Assembly: GCA_964499705.1 (NCBI GenBank)
Contig: CAZCME010000004.1
Span: 62,001-126,000 of the forward strand
Length of the DNA stretch: 64,000 nt
Reading direction: 5' to 3'
Origin: an uncultured bacterium
GTDB lineage: Bacteria; UBA8481
Of this stretch, positions 1-8,528 are shown in pieces (position 1 is the stretch's first letter; each line of letters begins with the position of its first letter). The notes beneath the pieces were generated by a model. That model was given only the letters and a program-made list of their open reading frames with translations. It ran no database searches and was not told the DNA's origin. The translations under genes and the position numbers were made by a program.

Positions 1-4
1 CGGA

Positions 5-931
5 TCAGTCCGCTCCGAAAACCCGCATCAGCCGTTCCCGGGTCTGCGGAAACTGAAAAAACGTCGATCGTCGGCGGGAGCCCAGAGTCCAGGTCCACAT
101 TCCTCGCGGAACCGCGGCATCATGTTCGATCGAGAAAGGAAATGCGTCTCCGGGAGAAACCGGCATGGAATCGACGGGAAAGAGCGTCCGGAACCAATGC
201 TGTCCGGACCACGCTTCATCGGGTTTCTCCTCCAGGACAACGCCGGGCGAAAGCCGGGCCGACCACCAGGCAAGAACAGCGTTGCATTCGCCGGATCGAT
301 CGGCCACCAGCGTGCAGGATCCGGAAAACCGGTCGCCCGTCGCCGTCATGAGATCGATCTCCGGCAGCGAGGACCCGGGGCCGAGCAGCATCGACGGCTT
401 GAGATAATCGGGAAACGTGTAATGCTCCATGCATTCCGCCAGCGCGGAAAAATCGAAACCGTACCGCTTCTCTCGCCAGAAAGCCGCTGCCTTGGCGACC
501 GGTACCGAATTCACGAGCGCCACGCGAAGTTGGACGGCCGACGGAATAACGATTCCTTCCTGCTTCAAGAATCGGCGCGCCGATTCCATGACGGAGATGA
601 TTTTCTCGTCCAGGAGCATATTGCCGATCATTTCACAGACGATCGTATCGACGGGTTCGATGGCGGACGGATCCAGCTTCCTGATGTCGTCGTGAATGAA
701 CCGGACATTCGATCCGTTTTTCCTCGCGACGGCGCGCGCATAATCGATCATGTCGCCCGCCTCCACGGCGACCACGTCGGCGCCAAGACGCTCCGCCGCC
801 AGGGCGAGAATGCCGGTGCCCGTACCCACGTCGAGAACGCGGCTGCCGGGCCGCACGCGTTGCTTCAGCGCGGCGAGAAAGGCGTTCGTTCGCACCTCGT
901 CGCTCAGCAGGGCGGCATGATATTCAAGCAT
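5..931 (-). CDS. Protein arginine N-methyltransferase (PRMT)-like SAM-dependent methyltransferase
   Basis: HAALLSDEVRT resembles the PRMT N-terminal helix HEEMLKDEVRT; motif I VLDVGTGTG; double-E loop CEMIGNMLLDE with 9-residue spacing; THW-like loop QHWFRTLF. Confidence 0.85.
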   Translation of the reverse strand: MLEYHAALLSDEVRTNAFLAALKQRVRPGSRVLDVGTGTGILALAAERLGADVVAVEAGDMIDYARAVARKNGSNVRFIHDDIRKLDPSAIEPVDTIVCEMIGNMLLDEKIISVMESARRFLKQEGIVIPSAVQLRVALVNSVPVAKAAAFWREKRYGFDFSALAECMEHYTFPDYLKPSMLLGPGSSLPEIDLMTATGDRFSGSCTLVADRSGECNAVLAWWSARLSPGVVLEEKPDEAWSGQHWFRTLFPVDSMPVSPGDAFPFSIEHDAAVPRGMWTWTLGSRRRSTFFQFPQTRERLMRVFGAD

Positions 932-949
932 GAGGATGAAGAAAGATGA

Positions 950-1147
950 TCAGGGCATAAGCCAGGGAGGGATGTCCATCGGCGCCGAAGCGCCTCCGCA
1001 TCGCCCACTCTGGCAATTGATCGAGCTCCGCGTTCCGCTCGGCTGCTGATACGTCTCGATCCCCGTGTAGGGAAGCTTGTACCGGGTCAAATGCGGCTTG
1101 AGATAGGCCTTGCCCTTGTTCTCGTGGCAGCTCTCCGTCTTTTTCAT
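950..1147 (-). CDS. Putative RiPP precursor peptide (65 aa)
   Basis: ATG at 1147 overlaps the rSAM stop (ATGA) and has a GAGGT Shine-Dalgarno upstream; leader carries YLKPHL (YxxPxL RRE-binding motif); C-terminal part rich in S/G/C/R/P; lies between rSAM and methyltransferase. Confidence 0.8.
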   Translation of the reverse strand: MKKTESCHENKGKAYLKPHLTRYKLPYTGIETYQQPSGTRSSINCQSGRCGGASAPMDIPPWLMP

Positions 1148-2205
1148 GCGGCACCTCGGATGAAGACTCCGTTTATGATGTCGTCGCGACCGAGCCAAGC
1201 GGCGGTCACTTCGCAATGATGCGGAGCGGGGCGGTCATAATGCCCCGTCTCCTGAACAAACTGACCCATGCAACGGTAGCGGCACGAGGAAAGCATCGAG
1301 CACGATTTGCACGTGGAGATCTCCGTGCCTTTCTGCATCCGGATTTCATTCAACCTCCGCGAATTTCTCCAGACGTGCCGGAACGGAGTGTGCCGGATAT
1401 TGCCGACCGATTCGGGAACCTGCGAGCAGGGATACAAGTCCCCCAGCGGACCCACCGCGAACCTGCTCCACCCCATGTTGCACATCTCCGGATGATCCTC
1501 GTCGATGCAGGATGAAAATTCCGGGCGGCCCGTCCATTCCGTATAGCGACTCTCGCACTCCCGGATCTCGGCGGGCGTCAGGCGGTCCGCGAGAAACCCG
1601 TCGTTGCCGGAAACGAAACGGGGCGTGATGTGATACGATGGTGCGAAGATGGCGCCGGCTTCTTCGCAGAGCCTTCCCAGCTCCGTGATCGAATCGAAGT
1701 TCGTCCTCATAACCGACATCTTGACGATCGTCTTGATGCCGGCATCGACCGAAAGTTTCACCTTGGGAAACGCCCGCGCGAATGCTCCGGGCATCTTCAC
1801 GAACCGGTCATGCGATGCTCCCACTCCATGAATCGAAAAATGCAGCTCCTGGATTTCCTGCGACACGAGATATTCGATGTCCTCCTCGGAGAGGACCGTC
1901 CCGTTCTGAAATATCTCATACCGGAATCTCAAGCGGCAGGCTTCGCGGACAATCTCCCGCCAGCCGCGGTGAACAAGCGGTTCCCCGCCGCTGAACGTGA
2001 GCTGAAACGTGCCTTCATTCCGGATTTCATTCAGGATGCGGATCCACTCATCCGTCGACATCTCCCCACCCACGGGCAGACCGATGCGATAGCAGTGAAC
2101 GCATTCCAGGTTGCACTTTTCCGTGAGATGGAGATGGGCCATATGGGGAACGGCTTTCCGTTCGAGCTTGCTGAACAATTCCTCGCGCGACATTTCGACG
2201 ATCAT
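1144..2205 (-). CDS. Radical SAM/SPASM domain protein (peptide maturase-like)
   Basis: CNLECVHC (CxxxCxxC); FSGGEP; SPASM cysteines CNMG...GDLYPC...CKSC-x5-C-x3-C...HHC. Confidence 0.92.
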   Translation of the reverse strand: MIVEMSREELFSKLERKAVPHMAHLHLTEKCNLECVHCYRIGLPVGGEMSTDEWIRILNEIRNEGTFQLTFSGGEPLVHRGWREIVREACRLRFRYEIFQNGTVLSEEDIEYLVSQEIQELHFSIHGVGASHDRFVKMPGAFARAFPKVKLSVDAGIKTIVKMSVMRTNFDSITELGRLCEEAGAIFAPSYHITPRFVSGNDGFLADRLTPAEIRECESRYTEWTGRPEFSSCIDEDHPEMCNMGWSRFAVGPLGDLYPCSQVPESVGNIRHTPFRHVWRNSRRLNEIRMQKGTEISTCKSCSMLSSCRYRCMGQFVQETGHYDRPAPHHCEVTAAWLGRDDIINGVFIRGAA

Positions 2206-2498
2206 GCGGCTTCCGACCGATCGGATGGAGGAGAGGCCAGCAGGAGCTCTTCCCGCACGAGGTCGGCGAAGAGTTCATCCAGATCGGCCGCCGCCGTTTC
2301 GCGCGAAACATCGTATTCCGCCACGATCAGGTCGATCAGCTCCGATCTCGGGAGAGGTTTCTGTTCCATGGAGCGCCAGATGAAGGATCCGACCGGATCA
2401 AGCGAATAGTAAGTGGTGGTCTTGATCCGCAGAATCACGACCTCCCCGTCGATCACTCTCCAGGCGAGTTCCGGATTCAGGCTGAACAGGGGATCCAT
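2202..2498 (-). CDS. PqqD family RiPP recognition element (RRE)
   Basis: 98 aa; WRVIDGEVVIL, YYSLDPVGSFIW, EYDVSRETAAADLDELFADL; ATGA-coupled to the rSAM gene. Confidence 0.92.
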   Translation of the reverse strand: MDPLFSLNPELAWRVIDGEVVILRIKTTTYYSLDPVGSFIWRSMEQKPLPRSELIDLIVAEYDVSRETAAADLDELFADLVREELLLASPPSDRSEAA

Positions 2499-2619
2499 AA
2501 TTGAGACAATCCTAGTCCATTATCGGGCGAAAAACAAGAGGTTGAGGGGATCACGATTCGGGGGCGCGCGTAAAAGATGCGTGTGAGGAGGGCCAAGCTG
2601 GCATAAAATATCCCGGCAG

Positions 2620-2705
2620 GCCGGAGTGGCGGAATGGCAGACGCGGCGGACTCAAAATCCGTTAGGAGCAATCCTGTGTGGGTTCAACTCCCACCTCCGG
2701 CACCA
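2620..2705 (+). tRNA. tRNA-Leu (CAA)
   Basis: Acceptor stem GCCGGAG/CTCCGGC, anticodon arm GCGGA-CT-CAA-AA-TCCGT, long variable arm, GGTTCAACTCC T-loop, encoded CCA. Confidence 0.95.
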
Positions 2706-4383
2706 TCCCCATGATCGCCCGCCGAAAACTCGCATGCCCGTTCATTCCCAGCACGCTCTCGCGCTCCGACGGTCCCGACTTCGTCAGAATGATCCGGAGC
2801 ATCTCGCTCATTTCGACGGCGGGCCAGGCCGCCAAATCCGGAATACAGGCGAGGAGCAGACACAGCTCATCCGCAAGTTCGTTTCGCGGTATCCTTCCTC
2901 CCAGAGCTCCCGCGACATGCTCGCGCGCCGACAGGATCGCATCGGTCCGATCTCCCTGGTGAGCGGCGATCGACGATGTGACGATCATTCCCGCTTTGGC
3001 ATAACGGAAATTTCCGAGGACGGCCCGATTTTCCTCTCCGAGATGGAAATAAAGATTCTCCGTCGCGAACAGTTTAAGAGTGCGGGCATCCGAGCGCGAA
3101 CCGGGTCGGGATTTCAAGCGCTTCGCTTCGGCTTCGACCTTCGCCCGCATTTTCGCGCCGAACGGGCGGAAGCCGAGCTTGTGGTAGAACCAGAACGCGC
3201 CGGACTTGATCGCCTCGTCGTTTTCATGGCCGAACTGGTATTTCATGACGGAAAAGGAAAGGGCTCCGGTGTGATGGTGGATGACCCGCAGAAGCGCGGC
3301 ATAGGTCAGCGCCGCTTCGCCGTGCCGAAAGGAGTCGAAGATGTTGAACGCGATCTCGGAGGACTCGAAGAGGCAGCTGAAACAGCCGTAACCGACGGGA
3401 ATTCCATTCTTCAGCAGGAGATATCCCCACAATCCCTCAAGGATCATCCGCCGTTCAGGAAGAACTCCATACGTCACGATCTCCAGGCCGCGATCGAGCG
3501 CATAGACCATCACATCCGAGGGATTCGCATGCGAGATCGGATAGATCTCCCTTTCGCGCGCGGCGAGCGACGCGCGGGCCACGCGGATGAGAAAGAGAGC
3601 TTCCTCCCTGGTCTCCGCGGAGGGCCTGTCCAGCGGTCTCCCGATTTCCATGCGCAGATCGGCGACACCCCGCTGCAACGGCGCCTCATGATGGAATACA
3701 TGCGCCCTCTCCGCATACGCACTCGTCTTCGAAAGTCCGGGCTGGTCCAATCGAAGGACCAGAGGTAGCTCCATCGAATCAAAAAGATGATCCCGGAGGC
3801 GTGGAGACAGATTCAATTCCCTGATCCTGTCGATGAGCCAGACCAGCGTGTTCCTATTCCCCGCCGCCAGCCGCATCCAGTCCTCGGTCGAGATCTCCTC
3901 GTCCTCGAGGCCGGGTTCCTCGGCCAGACCCGAAAGCAGCGGGAGCAGCTTCTGAAGCGCTTCTGTCTCACATTCTTTCCAGTCGATTTCGACCTGCCCG
4001 GGGCAGGCGGAACGCAACCAGGCCGCCATGGGAAATTCAAAGGCATACTCGATGACCGTGCCGGCAATGCCGGAGCTCTTCATCGCGCGGGCAAGTCGCT
4101 CGTCGATCCGGTGAGGAAACGATTTCAGTTGCTGAAGGGCAAGACGGTGAATGTCCCCGTTGTCGGGAAAGGCGGCCATGTAAAGAAGCAGATCGTGATA
4201 GCGTATGAAAAGGCGCGCGCGCGACGATTGCCTGCCTGCAAACGAAGCGGCGGACAGGGCTGCCAGAAGTTCCAGCTTGAGCGCCGCGGATTCCGAGGTG
4301 CGTTCTCTCCGCAAATCCTCCAGCTTCCGGAGATGTCTTGCCGCGAGCCTGCCGATGCGCGCGACGGAGAGAGGGGGGGGCAC
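2662..4383 (-). CDS. Uncharacterised protein with a probable C-terminal GNAT-like domain
   Basis: 573-aa ORF downstream of nadA; KNGIPVGYG and AFWFYHKLGF resemble GNAT motifs; 3' end overlaps tRNA-Leu antisense. Confidence 0.65.
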   Translation of the reverse strand: MPPPLSVARIGRLAARHLRKLEDLRRERTSESAALKLELLAALSAASFAGRQSSRARLFIRYHDLLLYMAAFPDNGDIHRLALQQLKSFPHRIDERLARAMKSSGIAGTVIEYAFEFPMAAWLRSACPGQVEIDWKECETEALQKLLPLLSGLAEEPGLEDEEISTEDWMRLAAGNRNTLVWLIDRIRELNLSPRLRDHLFDSMELPLVLRLDQPGLSKTSAYAERAHVFHHEAPLQRGVADLRMEIGRPLDRPSAETREEALFLIRVARASLAAREREIYPISHANPSDVMVYALDRGLEIVTYGVLPERRMILEGLWGYLLLKNGIPVGYGCFSCLFESSEIAFNIFDSFRHGEAALTYAALLRVIHHHTGALSFSVMKYQFGHENDEAIKSGAFWFYHKLGFRPFGAKMRAKVEAEAKRLKSRPGSRSDARTLKLFATENLYFHLGEENRAVLGNFRYAKAGMIVTSSIAAHQGDRTDAILSAREHVAGALGGRIPRNELADELCLLLACIPDLAAWPAVEMSEMLRIILTKSGPSERESVLGMNGHASFRRAIMGMVPEVGVEPTQDCS

Positions 4384-4398
4384 GCGGGGACGATTAAT

Positions 4399-5385
4399 TC
4401 AGGCGGACAGCTCGAGCATCCGCAGGATGGAGCCCGAAGCCTTTTCGATGATGTCGGCGGGGAGCGTGATCTCCGGAGCCATGCGCTGGAGACTCCGCTT
4501 TGTATCCGCGAGCGTGATCATCTTCATGTACCGGCAGAGATTGCAGGATTTGTAGAATTTCTTCTCGGGCACTTCCATGAGAAGCCGGTCCGAAAGTCCG
4601 CATTCGGTCACGACGATGAACTCCGTCGCCGGAGATTCTTTCGCGTAGCGGATCATGCCGGCCGTGGAGAGAACCGCATCGGCGATCCCCAGGACATCCG
4701 TTCTGCACTCCGGATGCGCCATGATCTTCGCATCGGGAAAATTCTTCTTCACGTCGAGAATATCGGATGGTTTCATCTGATGATGAACGTAGCAGTCGCC
4801 CTCCCATGGAATGATCTTCTTGGATGTGTTCTCCTGGACATACGCCGCGAGATTTTTGTCGGGAATAAAGAGAACCGCGGAATTCGGAAGGCTGTTGACG
4901 ATCCTGACCGCGTTGCCGGAGGTGACGCATACATCGGTGACGGCTTTCACGGCGGCCGTCGTGTTGACGTACGACACGATCGCCAGATCCGGATAAGTTC
5001 GGCGGAGTTCCTCCGCGCGCGCGACGACGGCTTCCGCATCGGCGGCTTCCGCGAGGCTGCAGCCCGCGTTGAGGTTGGGGAGGATGACCTTTCTCGACGG
5101 ATTGAGAATCTTGGCCGTCTCGGCCATGAAGTGGACACCGCAGAATATGATCGCGTCGGATTCGACATCCACCGCCCTGCGGGCCAGTTCGAGCGAATCA
5201 CCCACGAAGTCCGCGACCTCGAAGATCTCGGGACGCTGGTAATTATGCGCGAGCAGAATCGCGTTGTGTTCCTTCTTGAGCGCGCGAATCGAGGCGAACT
5301 CCGCCTCCAGCTCTCGACAGGCTTCCTCGCTGTAGAGCGACTCGAGTCCGAGACGGGCGAATTTATCGTGAAGAGCTGTTGTCAT
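4399..5385 (-). CDS. nadA: Quinolinate synthase A
   Basis: LAHNYQ, GDSLELA, FCGVHFMAE, AGCSLA, YVNT, AHPEC motifs. Confidence 0.97.
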   Translation of the reverse strand: MTTALHDKFARLGLESLYSEEACRELEAEFASIRALKKEHNAILLAHNYQRPEIFEVADFVGDSLELARRAVDVESDAIIFCGVHFMAETAKILNPSRKVILPNLNAGCSLAEAADAEAVVARAEELRRTYPDLAIVSYVNTTAAVKAVTDVCVTSGNAVRIVNSLPNSAVLFIPDKNLAAYVQENTSKKIIPWEGDCYVHHQMKPSDILDVKKNFPDAKIMAHPECRTDVLGIADAVLSTAGMIRYAKESPATEFIVVTECGLSDRLLMEVPEKKFYKSCNLCRYMKMITLADTKRSLQRMAPEITLPADIIEKASGSILRMLELSA

Positions 5386-5402
5386 GGAGACGACAAATCA
5401 TA

Positions 5403-6467
5403 TCACAGGAGATCCGCGACAGCGGAAGCCATTTCCTTTGTTCCAACGGCGCTGCCGCCAGCGGAAATATCGCGAGTGCGAAGTCCGGAAGCGATGACCG
5501 CGCGCACGGCGGACTCGATGGCGTTCGCGATTTCCTCACGGCCGAAGGAATACCGGAACATCAGGGCGCCGGAGAGAATCTGCGCGATCGGATTCGCGAT
5601 TCCCTCACCCGCGATATCGGGAGCGCTGCCCCCCGACGGCTCATACATTCCGAACCTCCCGTGCTCGGTCGCGCCTTCGCCCAGCGAAGCCGACGGGAGC
5701 ATGCCGAGGGAACCCGGGATGGAGGCTGCCAGATCGGACAGAATGTCACCGAACAGGTTTTCCGTCACGATCACATCGAAGCGGGACGGATTGATGACCA
5801 GCTGCATCGCGGCGTTGTCGACGTACATATGCTCCGTCTCGACATCGGAGGGCTTCATGGCGTTCACGGTTTCACGCCAGAGCACGCTCGTGGCCAGGAC
5901 ATTCGCCTTATCCACGCTGGTCACCTTACCTCGTCGAGTCCGGGCCGACTCATAGGCCAGCTTCACGATGCGCTCGATCTGATGCTTGTCATAACGGCAT
6001 GTATCGATGGCCGTATCCTGCTTGCGAAGCTTGGGCTCGCCGAAATAGATTCCGCCGATGAGCTCGCGAATGACAACGAGATCCACTCCGGCGGCCCGCT
6101 TGAGAGGTGACTGTTCATCGAGTCCCGGATAGACGACGACAGGCCTGATATTCGCATACAATCCGTAGGCCTTGCGAAGCGGAAGAAGCGCCCCCCTTTC
6201 AGGCTGCTCGTTCGGCGGAAGATTCTCCCATTTCGGGCCGCCCACCGAACCGAAGAAGATCGCATGCGATTCGCCGCAGGCCTCCAATGTCGAGTCGGGC
6301 AGAGCCTTGCCCTGGCGATCGATCGCGGCGCCTCCGACATCAGCATGCGTCCAATCCAGCGAAGCTCCGAAGATCTTCGCCGCCTTCTGAATGACCGGCA
6401 AAGTCGCCTCCATGACTTCCGGCCCGATTCCATCTCCGGCAAGCACGGCAATCCGATACGTTGTCAT
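5403..6467 (-). CDS. leuB: 3-isopropylmalate dehydrogenase
   Basis: GDGIGPE, VGGPKW, PERGALLPLRK, NLFGDILSD, EPSGGSAPDIAG; start MTTYRI overlaps the upstream stop (ATGA). Confidence 0.97.
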   Translation of the reverse strand: MTTYRIAVLAGDGIGPEVMEATLPVIQKAAKIFGASLDWTHADVGGAAIDRQGKALPDSTLEACGESHAIFFGSVGGPKWENLPPNEQPERGALLPLRKAYGLYANIRPVVVYPGLDEQSPLKRAAGVDLVVIRELIGGIYFGEPKLRKQDTAIDTCRYDKHQIERIVKLAYESARTRRGKVTSVDKANVLATSVLWRETVNAMKPSDVETEHMYVDNAAMQLVINPSRFDVIVTENLFGDILSDLAASIPGSLGMLPSASLGEGATEHGRFGMYEPSGGSAPDIAGEGIANPIAQILSGALMFRYSFGREEIANAIESAVRAVIASGLRTRDISAGGSAVGTKEMASAVADLL

Positions 6468-7612
6468 CCCGCAATGATCCTTTCCATGACCGCCCTCCCC
6501 GCGCTCACCCGTTTCGTCCATGTGCATTCTCCGGCCCATGCGCGGCTGGCCAGGGACATTGTACTTCGGAGCGCGGAGTCGTCGAGCAGCTTCGACAGCG
6601 CGGCGGCCGTGGCGACCGCATCATCCGAAGGCACCATGATCGCATTGGAACCGCACACCGCCTCACTAACGCCCCCCGTATCCGAAGCGACCACAGGCAA
6701 GCCGGCGGCGGCGGCCTCAAGATAGGAGATTCCAAATCCCTCCACCCATCCCTTCTCCGCTATTTCGCGTCCGGTCATCACGAAAATGTCGGCAAGCCTG
6801 TATATCTCCGGAAGTTCCTCGTCGGCGACGAACCCGGTGAAGACGACCCGCTCCTGCAATCCCCGCCGCGCGACAATTTCCTTGAGATACCCTTCCCTCG
6901 AAGAATTCATCGCCCAGCCCCCCGCTATCAGATACATGAGATCGGGATAGGAATCTCTCAAGCGCGAAAGCGCATCGATCACCGTATCATGCCCCTTGCG
7001 CTCCACGAGCCCCCCGACCGTAAGAAGAACGCGCTTCCCTTCCAACCCGAATTTCTTCCGGAGCCCGTCGGAACCCGGTCCGGGAGAAAACCGGGAGACA
7101 TCGACGCCGTTGCCGATCACGTCGATACGCTCCTTCGATAATCCAAGCGCGGCCACATGGTTCTTCGTGAAAGAACTGACCGCGAAGACAGCGTCCGCTC
7201 CGCGAAAACTCTGCGTCATGAGTCCTGCATAATAAGCGGAAGAGCGGGGGCCGAGAATTTCAGCGCCGTGCGCGGAGAGAACATAGGGAATCCCGGTGCG
7301 CCCTTTCAGCCACGCCAGGGCCGGTCCCCAGCCGATCCAGGTATGCGCCATGACGATATCGGGACGGGAGTTCTTCTCGGCGCGTTTCAGGCAAGCCAGA
7401 GCGTTCCACGGATCGCGAAGGGGGCCCGGGTTCCACGAGCAGCGCATCGCATCGACGCGGGCCTTACGCCCGGCCGATGGCGCGGAATGATCCCGGGCCA
7501 GGACATCGACATCGCAACCCGCTCGATCCAGTTCAGCGGCCCAGGCCGCCGAATATTCAGCCATTCCTCCGAGCGCGGGCGGATAATCGGATGTCGCGAT
7601 CAGGATGCGCAT
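6464..7612 (-). CDS. GT4 glycosyltransferase
   Basis: MRILIATSDYPPALGG; RKGHD; EGFGISYLEAAAAGLPVV. Confidence 0.92.
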   Translation of the reverse strand: MRILIATSDYPPALGGMAEYSAAWAAELDRAGCDVDVLARDHSAPSAGRKARVDAMRCSWNPGPLRDPWNALACLKRAEKNSRPDIVMAHTWIGWGPALAWLKGRTGIPYVLSAHGAEILGPRSSAYYAGLMTQSFRGADAVFAVSSFTKNHVAALGLSKERIDVIGNGVDVSRFSPGPGSDGLRKKFGLEGKRVLLTVGGLVERKGHDTVIDALSRLRDSYPDLMYLIAGGWAMNSSREGYLKEIVARRGLQERVVFTGFVADEELPEIYRLADIFVMTGREIAEKGWVEGFGISYLEAAAAGLPVVASDTGGVSEAVCGSNAIMVPSDDAVATAAALSKLLDDSALRSTMSLASRAWAGECTWTKRVSAGRAVMERIIAG

Positions 7613-7703
7613 GGAGAATGTATAATTCCGCGCCTCCCAATCCGCAATCTGATATCGCGGCATACCTTTTGCCAAGCCGGCGATTCTCCGCGATGATTAT
7701 CCC

Positions 7704-8528
7704 GTGACCATTCACAGAGACGATCTGCTCAGGGAATATCTGCGCGTCGCGCCCCTTTCGCGCGCGCTGATACGGTCCAAGGAGATCGAGCTGATTCTCC
7801 GCAAGCGCCCCGACGGGCGCATCATCGATCTCGGCCACGGCGACGGTCATTTCGCCGCGATCCTGGCCCGCCACGGCGTCCGCCTCTTCGTAGGCATGGA
7901 TATCTCCCTGGAGGAACTCCGGCGCGCTCGAGGCCGCACCGCCACTCACCTCGTGGTGGGAGACATGCAGCGGGCTCCGTTTCGGGGCGGCGTCTTCGAC
8001 GGAGCGATCAGCAACTGCGTACTGGAGCACGTCGAGCGGATCGACGCGACCTTTCGCGAAGCGCACCGCATGATGAAGCCCGGCGGCCGGTTCATCGCCA
8101 CGGTCGTCGCCGACGGCTATGAAATTCTTCTCTTCTGGCCGCGATTTTTCGGCCGGATCGGGCTCAGGCCCGCGGCCAAAGCCTACCTCACCTACATTGA
8201 GCGCCGATTCGTCCATCAACGGTATATTCCCGCGTCCGAGTGGATTGCGGAGGCGGAGAAGGCGGGGCTCCAATGCACGCACAAGGAGCCCTATATCGGG
8301 GAAAGACGGCAGATGCTGATGGATCTCTTTCTCCCGGGCGTCGTCGTGGCGAGAATGATGCGCGCCCTGACCGGACGGGAAGTTCTTCCCGTTCCACGAT
8401 GGCCGGTCTCGTTAATCAGTGGGTGGCTCGACGATCATGGCGCGCTCGAAAAAGGAGCCAACGCGTTTCTTGTCCTGGAAAAATCCGCCGGGGGAGGCGC
8501 GGAAATCACGCCGGGGGGGAACTCCTGA
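7704..8528 (+). CDS. Class I SAM-dependent methyltransferase
   Basis: IIDLGHGDG; PFRGGVFD; SNCVLEHV; MKPGG. Confidence 0.85.
   Translation: MTIHRDDLLREYLRVAPLSRALIRSKEIELILRKRPDGRIIDLGHGDGHFAAILARHGVRLFVGMDISLEELRRARGRTATHLVVGDMQRAPFRGGVFDGAISNCVLEHVERIDATFREAHRMMKPGGRFIATVVADGYEILLFWPRFFGRIGLRPAAKAYLTYIERRFVHQRYIPASEWIAEAEKAGLQCTHKEPYIGERRQMLMDLFLPGVVVARMMRALTGREVLPVPRWPVSLISGWLDDHGALEKGANAFLVLEKSAGGGAEITPGGNS

Noticed and set aside
950-1216. 88-aa version of the precursor ORF
   Set aside because: It overlaps the rSAM by about 70 nt; the Shine-Dalgarno and ATGA coupling favour the start at 1147.
5-2498. Calling the cluster a lasso peptide or PQQ locus
   Set aside because: No lasso cyclase, B2 protease or PqqB/C in the window, and the peptide lacks the PqqA ExxxY motif.
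2626-5955. Long plus-strand ORFs of 380 and 722 aa, and similar shadows such as 21967-23568, 34178-36013, 48574-49920 and 58780-60192
   Set aside because: They are antisense to well-supported genes, have no motifs, and are expected in high-GC DNA.
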